Shown here: one piece after another, positions 25,414 to 32,000 of the stretch
How the letters are laid out: the number at the start of each line of letters is the position of its first letter
Position numbering within the stretch: the stretch's first letter is position 1
Assembly (NCBI GenBank): GCA_964536865.1
Contig: CAZHYN010000005.1
Coordinates: forward strand, 24,729 to 56,728
Length of the DNA stretch: 32,000 bases
Direction: 5' to 3'
From: an uncultured Planctomycetia bacterium
Lineage (GTDB): Bacteria > Omnitrophota > Gorgyraeia > Duberdicusellales > 4484-171
Translations under genes and position numbers: made by a program
The notes under the pieces: generated by a model
Seen by the model: only the letters and a program-made list of their open reading frames with translations
Told to the model about the DNA's origin: nothing
The model's database searches: none

Positions 25414-25442
25414 ATTATACTTTATTCAAAGAGTAAAGTCAA
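25414..25442 (-). promoter_or_regulatory. Near-consensus sigma70 promoter positioned for a leaderless bamA transcript
   Basis: Minus sense TTGACT (25442..25437), 17-nt spacer, TATAAT (25419..25414), then 7 nt (AATTTAA) and the ATG at 25406. No SD is present. Confidence 0.45.
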
Positions 25443-25615
25443 TTTCTTCTATCCTCTTCTACTTATAAATCTTAGAATTATATCTTTTAACCTTATAATG
25501 AGAGAAATACTATCCAAAATTATAAAGGAAATTAGAATAATTACAGAAATTCCTGCTTCCAGGAGAGTAAATTCCTCAGGAGAAAAAACTTGTTAAAAAA
25601 TATATACCCCCCTAC

Positions 25616-26977
25616 CTACTCTTCTTCTCTTATCTTAGAGAGATTAACAAATTTCATATACTCCTTTATAAACCCTAAATACACACTCCCTACCGGGCCA
25701 TTTCTCTGTTTAGCAATGATTACTTCAGCAATTCCTTTGTTTTCTGGAGTGGGGTTATAGTATTCTTCTCTTAAGAGAAGGGCGACTACATCTGCATCCT
25801 GCTCAATAGCTCCTGATTCTCTTAAGTCGGAAAGCTGAGGTCTGTGGTCAGAACGTGCCTCAACTGCTCGAGAAAGTTGACTAACCGCAACCACAGGAAT
25901 ATTTAACTCCTTAGCTAAAGATTTTAATGCACGAGAAATCTCAGAAATTTCTTGCTGTCTTGATTCTCCCCGATGGAGAGCTCTAATCATCTGAAGGTAA
26001 TCAACAATAATAAGACCGATATTGTGGTGAGCACGTAGACGTCGCGCTTTAGCTCTTAACTCAAAAACATTCATTGCAGGAGTATCGTCTATATATAAAG
26101 GAGCTTCGGATAACTTACTAGAAGCACCAGTGATATGGGGCCACTCACCGGGGGATAGAAAACCTGTTCTTAATTTATGAATATCCACCTTAGCTTGAGA
26201 ACAGAGAAAACGTTGAATAAGTTGCTGACGGGACATCTCCAAACTAAAAAAAGCTACAGGAATTTTTTCCTCTCCTGCCACATACTCAGCAATACTACAA
26301 ACAAAAGCACTTTTACCCATGGAAGGGCGACCTGCAACAATAATTAAATCTCCCTGTTGTAATCCCGCAGTTTTAGTATCAAAATCTATAAATCCTGTAG
26401 GAACTCCTGTAATGTGAGATTTTTTATGGTACAGAGATTCAATAATCTCAATAGCGTCTTTCAAGATTTCTTTTATATGAAGATATCCTCCCTCCACTCG
26501 GCGATCACTTATCTCAAAGATTAATTTTTCTGCCTTATCTAAAACAGCAGAAACATCCTCATCCTCTTTGTAAGCAAGAGAAAGAATTTGGTCAGCGTTG
26601 TAAATGAGGGAACGCAGAATACTTTTTTCTTTAACAATACGAGCATATTGAGAAGCATTGGCAGGTGTAGGAACAAAGTCAGTCAGAGTAGCTAAGTAAG
26701 AAGCTCCTCCTACTTTCTCTAAGAGCCTCTTTCTCCCTAAATCCTCAGCAACTGTAAGAATATCACACTTTCTTCGAGAATCAAAGAGAGAAATAATAGA
26801 AGAAAATATCAGTTTGTGCTCTTGTTTATAAAAATCATCTTCGTTTATAATCTCTAAAATCTCCGGAATAACAGTCTCCTCCAAAAGCATAGCTCCCAAT
26901 ACCGCCATCTCTGCCTCTAAGTTTTGAGGAGGTAACCTTTCTAACTCTTCCCTAGTCTTTTGAGGAGGGGGATTCAT
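25616..26977 (-). CDS. dnaB: Replicative DNA helicase DnaB
   Basis: 453 aa. LPPQNLEAEMAVLGAML, Walker A GRPSMGKSAF, IVDYLQ, and SQLSRAVE. No intein. Confidence 0.95.
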   Translation of the reverse strand: MNPPPQKTREELERLPPQNLEAEMAVLGAMLLEETVIPEILEIINEDDFYKQEHKLIFSSIISLFDSRRKCDILTVAEDLGRKRLLEKVGGASYLATLTDFVPTPANASQYARIVKEKSILRSLIYNADQILSLAYKEDEDVSAVLDKAEKLIFEISDRRVEGGYLHIKEILKDAIEIIESLYHKKSHITGVPTGFIDFDTKTAGLQQGDLIIVAGRPSMGKSAFVCSIAEYVAGEEKIPVAFFSLEMSRQQLIQRFLCSQAKVDIHKLRTGFLSPGEWPHITGASSKLSEAPLYIDDTPAMNVFELRAKARRLRAHHNIGLIIVDYLQMIRALHRGESRQQEISEISRALKSLAKELNIPVVAVSQLSRAVEARSDHRPQLSDLRESGAIEQDADVVALLLREEYYNPTPENKGIAEVIIAKQRNGPVGSVYLGFIKEYMKFVNLSKIREEE

Positions 26978-27417
26978 TTTTTAACCACCCACACACGAAG
27001 TGAACCTTTAACCTGAGGGTGTAATTCAATCTCTATAGAATAGACACCTAACTTCCTTATAGGTTCGGCAAGAGTTATCTTATTCTCTTCTATCTCTATT
27101 CCTTCACTTTTTAGAAGCTTAAAAATATGAGCACTCCCCACGCTACCATAGATGTCCTCACCTTCTTTCACCTCAACAGGAATAGTCAAAGATAACTTTT
27201 CTATCTTTTCCTTAAGTTGCAAGGCCTGTTTTTTCTTTCTTTCTAAAAGTTTCCTCTCTTCCTCCTTTATTCTCTCTAAACGTTGAAAATTTTCCTTACT
27301 GGCATAGAGAGCAAGACCTTGGGGAATAAGATAGTTACGAGCATAACCGTCCCTTACTTCTACAACCTCACCACACTTCCCTAATTTCTCTATATCCTTT
27401 ATAAGAATAACCCTCAT
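26974..27417 (-). CDS. rplI: 50S ribosomal protein L9
   Basis: 147 aa. [36 protein letters not shown]. Confidence 0.95.
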   Translation of the reverse strand: MRVILIKDIEKLGKCGEVVEVRDGYARNYLIPQGLALYASKENFQRLERIKEEERKLLERKKKQALQLKEKIEKLSLTIPVEVKEGEDIYGSVGSAHIFKLLKSEGIEIEENKITLAEPIRKLGVYSIEIELHPQVKGSLRVWVVKK

Positions 27418-27647
27418 TACTTTCTTAAATAGGGAAGTAAACTTAAAAATCGTGCTCGTTTTATCTCCCTTGCTATTTTCCTCTGATGTTTAGCGCAATT
27501 CCCAGAAAATCGGCGAGAAACAATCTTGCCCTTAGAGGAAATATAGCGGGATAGAAGTTCTACATTTTTGTAATCAATCTCTAAATTCTTTTTGCAAAAA
27601 ATACAGCTTTTTTTAAATCTAACCTGCTTAATTCTTTTCTTTGCCAT
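27417..27647 (-). CDS. rpsR: 30S ribosomal protein S18
   Basis: 76 aa. [42 protein letters not shown]. Confidence 0.95.
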   Translation of the reverse strand: MAKKRIKQVRFKKSCIFCKKNLEIDYKNVELLSRYISSKGKIVSRRFSGNCAKHQRKIAREIKRARFLSLLPYLRK

Positions 27648-28069
27648 TAGATAGCTCCTCCTAAATCTTCTTCCTCTAAGGTTGGAATCTCTTCAGGTTC
27701 TTCTCCTAAATCTATCGCCTCACCCTCCGATGGTTTTCCTCCTTTAGGCATAAACTGAACTCTTATCGCTCTTACCTCTATAACACTCCTCGACTTACCT
27801 TCACTATTCTGCCAGCTTCTTGATTGAAGTCTTCCCTCTACAAATATCTGCCTTCCCTTTTGGAGATATTGATTACATATCTCTGCTTTCCTTCCCCACA
27901 CTACTATATTTACAAAGCAAGTATTGGACTTAAGTTCTCCATTTTTATCTTTAAAAGGGGTGTTTACTGCAACTCTTAGAGTAGTAACTGCTGTTCCTGA
28001 AGGGGTGTAACGGAGCTGAGGATCTTGGGTAAGATTACCTACTAAAAATACTTTATTAAGATTAACCAT
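27647..28069 (-). CDS. ssb: Single-stranded DNA-binding protein
   Basis: 140 aa. [34 protein letters not shown]-fold and an acidic tail. The tail ends in EEEDLGGAI rather than the canonical D-D-D-(I/L)-P-F. Confidence 0.9.
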   Translation of the reverse strand: MVNLNKVFLVGNLTQDPQLRYTPSGTAVTTLRVAVNTPFKDKNGELKSNTCFVNIVVWGRKAEICNQYLQKGRQIFVEGRLQSRSWQNSEGKSRSVIEVRAIRVQFMPKGGKPSEGEAIDLGEEPEEIPTLEEEDLGGAI

Positions 28070-28071
28070 AA

Positions 28072-28389
28072 TTAACTCCTATCTCTTCTAATGATAATAT
28101 TCCGCAAAATCTTCTCTTCTAACCGTATTGTCTCCTTCAAATCACTAAGTTTATCTACAGGGAGGGAAAATTTTACTAACCAGTAAAGACCCTTATCGTA
28201 CTTTTTCTTCTCTGCTCCTCTTGACCTCAAAGGATAAGAAAAATTCCTCTCCCTGGCCCATATTTTAGAATCTAATACCTTCCCACCCAGTTTTCTTATT
28301 CTCTCTGAAATCTTAGTAAATAATGCTTCTTTCTCCTCCTCTCCTATATCTGGCCTTACTATTATCATAGACTCATAGTGCCTATCCAT
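28072..28389 (-). CDS. rpsF: 30S ribosomal protein S6
   Basis: 105 aa. YESMIIVRPDIGEEE...G.....WARERNFSYP. Canonical rpsF-ssb-rpsR-rplI order. Confidence 0.9.
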   Translation of the reverse strand: MDRHYESMIIVRPDIGEEEKEALFTKISERIRKLGGKVLDSKIWARERNFSYPLRSRGAEKKKYDKGLYWLVKFSLPVDKLSDLKETIRLEEKILRNIIIRRDRS

Positions 28390-28963
28390 TTCCGCCTCTC
28401 TTTCTCACATTATACTTCTGCATCACAAAGTTAATACCAAACTTTGCCCATTCCCAACATCCTTGAACAGCTTCCTCAATGACTTCCTCTACAACAGGTA
28501 ACTCTCCAAAAGTAAAATCAGAAAGCACATAATCTGTCGCCTCTCCCCATAAAGGTTTAGATATGCCTATTCTTAAACGAGGAATTTCCTCATTTCCTAA
28601 GGCAAAAATAATTGAAGCAATTCCTTTATGTCCTGCAGAGGAACCTCTCCTGGCAAATTTCATCCTTCCTAAAGGTAAATCCATATCATCATAAACAATT
28701 AAAAAATTTTCTCTAGAGAGATTATAAACAGAGAGAAGAAGCTTAACACTTAATCCTGAATTATTCATAAAAGTAGTAGGCTTTGCCAAAAGAATCTCTT
28801 CTCCTCCAGAGCTCGCTTTAGCAATCATTGCCTTTACTTTAAATGACTTCTTAAACTTTAAATTTTCTTTTTCAACAATCTTATCTACTACTCTAAATCC
28901 TATATTGTGACGATTATTTATATAGGTTTTACCCGGATTGCCTAAACCAACAATAATTTTCAA
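28382..28963 (-). CDS. pth: Peptidyl-tRNA hydrolase
   Basis: 193 aa. IVGLGNPG..Y...RHN.GF, TFMNNSG, and GHKG (GHNG-type) motifs. Confidence 0.95.
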   Translation of the reverse strand: MKIIVGLGNPGKTYINNRHNIGFRVVDKIVEKENLKFKKSFKVKAMIAKASSGGEEILLAKPTTFMNNSGLSVKLLLSVYNLSRENFLIVYDDMDLPLGRMKFARRGSSAGHKGIASIIFALGNEEIPRLRIGISKPLWGEATDYVLSDFTFGELPVVEEVIEEAVQGCWEWAKFGINFVMQKYNVRKRGGNG

Positions 28964-29610
28964 CCTTCTTCTTGAGGCTTCTTTTCTTTAATTACTTCGG
29001 GTTCCTCACTTACCTCCTCTACCTCTTCTTCTACCTTTTCTTCCTCCCTCTTGGATACAATAGTGACGATGGTCTCTCCAGAATCTTCTAAGATTCTTAT
29101 CCTTTCTGGAAGTTGAATATCACCCACATGGATGGAATGACCTATCTGAAGAGAAGATATATCTACTTCTATCTTCTCAGGAATTTCTAAAGGTAATGCC
29201 TCGACTTCTAACTCCCAAAGCATCTGCTCTAAGACCCCTCCTTCTTTCACCCCCTGAGGTTCTCCTTTTAGCACTAAGGGAACTTTAACTTTTATCTTCT
29301 CTTTCATAGATACCTTCAGAAAATCCATATGGAGAACTTCTTCAGTCAAAGGATGAAACTGAATATCCTTTATTACTGTAGCAATCCTATTAGCTTTACT
29401 TTTAGAATCCTCTATCACTATCTCTATAATACTGCTTTCAGAAAAACGGTGAGCTTTAATAACTTTCAGTTCACTAGTAGGAATCTTTATAGGGATATTC
29501 AAATCTCTTCCATATATAACTGCTGGAATGAACCCCTCTTTTCTTAATTTTTTAGCTATCTCTTTACCTGTTTTATCTCTCTTTAGTGCTTTTATACTGA
29601 CCTTTTCCAT
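28960..29610 (-). CDS. rplY: 50S ribosomal protein L25 / general stress protein Ctc form
   Basis: 216 aa. LRKEGFIPAVIYG, IQFHPL...LHMDF, and a long acidic C-terminal tail. Confidence 0.9.
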   Translation of the reverse strand: MEKVSIKALKRDKTGKEIAKKLRKEGFIPAVIYGRDLNIPIKIPTSELKVIKAHRFSESSIIEIVIEDSKSKANRIATVIKDIQFHPLTEEVLHMDFLKVSMKEKIKVKVPLVLKGEPQGVKEGGVLEQMLWELEVEALPLEIPEKIEVDISSLQIGHSIHVGDIQLPERIRILEDSGETIVTIVSKREEEKVEEEVEEVSEEPEVIKEKKPQEEG

Positions 29611-29613
29611 ATT

Positions 29614-30558
29614 CTAACTTCCTATAGAACCGAAGAGAATACTTATAGATTTTTCTTGGTGAATCCTTTTTATTGCCTCAGCAAACAACTTACTTACTGA
29701 TACCACTTTAATCTTTTTGCTTTGTTTTTCCTTAGGTAAAGGAATAGAATCAGTAATTACTAGAAAGTCTATAGAAGACTCTTCCAGTTTCTGTACTGCG
29801 TTAGCAGACAAAACCCCATGTGTAACACAGGCATAAATTCTCTTAGCTTTTGCTACCTTTAAAGCTTTGGCTGCCTCAACTAAGGAACTTCCTGTAGCAA
29901 TGATATCATCCACAAGAATAGCATTTTTACCCTTCACTTCCCCCAAGATATGCATAACCTCTATAGACTCAGGAGAACTTCTTCTTTTATCTACAATTGC
30001 CAAAGACGCTCTAAATCTTTTAGCGTAAGCCCTTGCCATCTTTATTCCTCCCACATCAGGAGATACAACTACTAACTCATTATCTAACTTTATCTTCTTA
30101 AAATAATCCAGGAATACATTCACAGCATATAGATGATCCAAAGGAATATCGAAGAAACCTTGAATCTGTCCAGCATGCAAATCTAAAGTTAAAACTCTGC
30201 TTGCTCCTGCTACAGTTAAAAGATTCGCTACCAGCTTAGCAGTTATAGGAACACGAGGTTGATCTTTTCTATCTTGGCGAGCATATCCAAAGTAAGGAAT
30301 TACTGCAGTGATCCTCTTTGGAGAAGCTCGCTTTAGAGCATCGAGAATAATCAAAAGCTCCATAAGATTTTCATTTACTGGAGGAGATGTTGGCTGAATG
30401 AGGAAAATATCTTTACCTCTTACATTTTCCTTTATCTTCACTCTCACCTCTCCGTCACTAAACCTACTTACTAAAGCCTTTCCTAATCTCATTCCCAAAT
30501 GTTTGCATATCCTTTTAGCTAAGGCTAAATTAGCATTACCGCTGAAAACTAACATCAC
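29614..30558 (-). CDS. prs: Ribose-phosphate pyrophosphokinase
   Basis: 314 aa. FSDGE..V.I.ENVRG.D.F..Q, YARQDRK, DLHA.QIQGFF, and the PRPP loop VDDIIATGSS. Confidence 0.95.
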   Translation of the reverse strand: MMLVFSGNANLALAKRICKHLGMRLGKALVSRFSDGEVRVKIKENVRGKDIFLIQPTSPPVNENLMELLIILDALKRASPKRITAVIPYFGYARQDRKDQPRVPITAKLVANLLTVAGASRVLTLDLHAGQIQGFFDIPLDHLYAVNVFLDYFKKIKLDNELVVVSPDVGGIKMARAYAKRFRASLAIVDKRRSSPESIEVMHILGEVKGKNAILVDDIIATGSSLVEAAKALKVAKAKRIYACVTHGVLSANAVQKLEESSIDFLVITDSIPLPKEKQSKKIKVVSVSKLFAEAIKRIHQEKSISILFGSIGS

Positions 30559-31805
30559 TTCTCCCTTTTTCTTAGAGGTTTAGCAGGAACACCCACTACC
30601 ACCATATTATTCTCTACATTTTTAGTCACCACTGCCCCTGCCCCTGTTAGAGCATTCTTTCCAATCTTACAAGGAGCTACTACTACACTATGAGAACCTA
30701 TAAAAGCATAATCTTCAATAAAGGTCTTATATTTATGCTTACCATCATAGTTAGCAGTAACAAACCCAGCTCCGATGTTTACTCCCTCTTTTATAGTAGC
30801 GTCTCCTATGTAACTAAAATGTTTGGCTCGCATCTTAGGACCAACCTGAGAACGAGTTATCTCTACAAAATTCCCAATAGAACTCCCATCTTTAATGTAA
30901 GTATTCTGGCGTAAATGCACAAAAGGACCAATGGAACAATTGTTGCCAATTATAACATTTTTTTCTATATAGGTAAAGGGGTAAATTATAGAATTTCTAC
31001 CTATCTTGGTATCGTAACTTAAAAAAGTAGTATAAGGGTCAATTATCCTCACGCCTTTCCGCATTATTCTCTCTAATAATTTCTCATTTAATAACTTATA
31101 TACTAAAGCTAAATTACTTTGAGTATTAACTCCTACAATCTGTCTCCAATCTTCTAAAAAGTAGGGAGAAACTCTTAAGTTTTGATGAGAAAATATCTCT
31201 ACAATGTCAGTTAAAAAAAACTCTCTTTTTTTTCTATTCATCTTTATTTTCTTTAGTCCTTTTCCAAGATAGGATTTTTTGAAGCAGTAGATTCCACTGT
31301 TTACCTCATCTACAGAATGGGTTAACTGCTGTCTCTCTATTATTTTGATTACCTCTCCTGTAGAATTCCTTAAGATTCTGCCTAAGTCGTTGTCGAAAGG
31401 TAATCTACCGCTAATAAGAGCGCAGGGAGAATTCTTCTTAAAGTAGAAGTTAATAAAACTTCGGAGTGCCTTTGCCTCTATCAAGGGGGTATCTCCACAA
31501 AGGACAAGAACATCTTCCTCTTTAGTAAAAGGTAAAGCAACTTCTACTGCTTTAGCTGTTCCATTGTATATTTTTTGATGAACAAACCTTATGTCAGAAA
31601 ACTCCTCTCTAATTACCTTCTTAACTTCCTCCTTTTTATACCCTACCACCAAAGAGATATCTTTTATCCCTAACCGCTTAAGAACATCTAATGTATAAAA
31701 GATTAATGGTCTTCCTCCTAAGTCTAAAATAATCTTTGGCTTAGTGAGTCTCATGCGCTTACTCTTACCTGCTCCCAATATTATTGCTGAAACTCTTCTT
31801 GCCAT
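30555..31805 (-). CDS. glmU: Bifunctional UDP-GlcNAc pyrophosphorylase / GlcN-1-P N-acetyltransferase
   Basis: 416 aa. ILGAGKSKRM, NGTAKAV, LCGDTPL, NSGIYCF and FFLTD in the N-domain, then a C-terminal hexapeptide helix with TANYDGKHKYKT. Confidence 0.85.
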   Translation of the reverse strand: MARRVSAIILGAGKSKRMRLTKPKIILDLGGRPLIFYTLDVLKRLGIKDISLVVGYKKEEVKKVIREEFSDIRFVHQKIYNGTAKAVEVALPFTKEEDVLVLCGDTPLIEAKALRSFINFYFKKNSPCALISGRLPFDNDLGRILRNSTGEVIKIIERQQLTHSVDEVNSGIYCFKKSYLGKGLKKIKMNRKKREFFLTDIVEIFSHQNLRVSPYFLEDWRQIVGVNTQSNLALVYKLLNEKLLERIMRKGVRIIDPYTTFLSYDTKIGRNSIIYPFTYIEKNVIIGNNCSIGPFVHLRQNTYIKDGSSIGNFVEITRSQVGPKMRAKHFSYIGDATIKEGVNIGAGFVTANYDGKHKYKTFIEDYAFIGSHSVVVAPCKIGKNALTGAGAVVTKNVENNMVVVGVPAKPLRKREK

Positions 31806-31817
31806 CTCTTGCTAGTT

Positions 31818-31881
31818 CTGCCCGGTGAGGACTCGAAACAAATCTTTTGCTAAGCAAAAGTCAAAAAATATTTGTTCCGAG
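31818..31881 (-). repeat. Copy 1 of a structured direct repeat (glmU-proximal). The strand call is tentative.
   Basis: 31818..31872 is identical base for base to 31946..32000. It contains an outer 12-bp stem (31832..31843 with 31870..31881) and an inner perfect 7-bp hairpin CTTTTGC-TAA-GCAAAAG (31844..31860). The only non-Watson-Crick position (31836/31877) is A.C on the plus sense but G.U on the minus sense, which is why I call the minus strand. Confidence 0.6.
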
Positions 31882-31945
31882 ATTCCTTTCACTTAGCCTC
31901 CAACCTTATGTTAGTTAAATCTGCTATTGATTAACTATCTTCCTA

Positions 31946-32000
31946 CTGCCCGGTGAGGACTCGAAACAAATCTTTTGCTAAGCAAAAGTCAAAAAATATT
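31946..32000 (-). repeat. Copy 2 of the same repeat, truncated by the window edge
   Basis: Perfect 55/55 identity with 31818..31872, offset 128 nt. The sequence beyond 32000 cannot be seen. Confidence 0.6.

Noticed and set aside
25498-25593. 31-aa plus-strand ORF (MREILSKIIKEIRIITEIPASRRVNSSGEKTC) in the dnaB-bamA spacer
   Set aside because: It has no SD, no recognisable family, and runs opposite to every neighbouring gene. An ORF of this length is expected by chance in a 209-nt AT-rich spacer.
869-30914. Short ORFs in the track lying antisense or out of frame within well-supported genes: 869..1069+, 2688..2879+, 5523..5759+, 7665..7853+, 10572..10766-, 11022..11333-, 11691..11975+, 12282..12497+, 13557..13754+, 14668..14889+, 15255..15509+, 16772..16978+, 20088..20282+, 22189..22506+, 29329..29547+, 30398..30583+, 30690..30914+
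   Set aside because: Each is fully or largely embedded opposite a long ORF with clear family motifs. They have low-complexity or Ser/Leu/Phe-rich composition typical of shadow ORFs in AT-rich DNA, and none has a convincing SD.
31818-31845. tRNA gene (minus strand) suggested by TTCGAGTCC-TCA-CCGGGCAG, which looks like a T-loop plus acceptor 3' strand
   Set aside because: The 5' T-stem strand (needs TGAGG; found ATTTG) and a complementary acceptor 5' strand are both absent. No D-arm or anticodon arm can be drawn. At best it is a tRNA-3'-fragment-like sequence.
31832-31881. Integron attC site
   Set aside because: The outer arms do not match the RYYYAAC / GTTRRRY core sites, and no intI or cassette-like ORF organisation is present.
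31818-32000. CRISPR array at the window edge
   Set aside because: Only two copies are visible. The identical segment is at least 55 nt (probably at least 64 nt), longer than typical CRISPR repeats. The unit contains a long interrupted palindrome rather than a short repeat-internal hairpin. No cas genes are in the window. This cannot be fully excluded without sequence beyond 32000.

Overview
AT-rich (roughly one-third G+C by eye), very gene-dense chromosomal segment from a diderm, LPS-making bacterium that uses the standard genetic code. I cannot name the taxon from sequence alone. Nearly all genes are on the minus strand, many with overlapping start and stop codons. Content from left to right: a partial COG1900/DUF39 homocysteine-synthesis gene coupled to cysE; a 1067-aa protein with GH94-like glycoside-phosphorylase motifs, coupled to a 102-aa HAD phosphatase that lacks its cap; a tight operon of DUF502, bioY, a COG0170 polyprenol-kinase-like gene, a 103-aa unknown and a patatin-like lipase; a monocistronic small membrane protein; a ~1.5 kb patch holding two decayed transposase genes (IS481-like on plus, IS256-like on minus); a PpiD-like chaperone, the only intact plus-strand gene; porGDAB plus ferredoxin; a PAS/HD-GYP protein; a TPR-SpoIID protein; an envelope cluster (bamA-skp-lpxD-lpxC/fabZ-lpxA-lpxI); and a nine-gene housekeeping array (glmU-prs-ctc-pth-rpsF-ssb-rpsR-rplI-dnaB). 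I found no rRNA, convincing tRNA, CRISPR array, reverse transcriptase or recognisable defence system. The unexplained items worth following up are: (1) a perfect >=55-nt direct repeat with a nested stem structure upstream of glmU, cut by the window edge; (2) near-consensus promoters placed 7-9 nt upstream of SD-less start codons of four operon-first genes, which predicts leaderless mRNAs; (3) the GH94-like giant protein and its capless HAD partner; and (4) the IS remnant patch with an outward consensus promoter. All calls come from reading the sequence and recalling family motifs. No database search was run.
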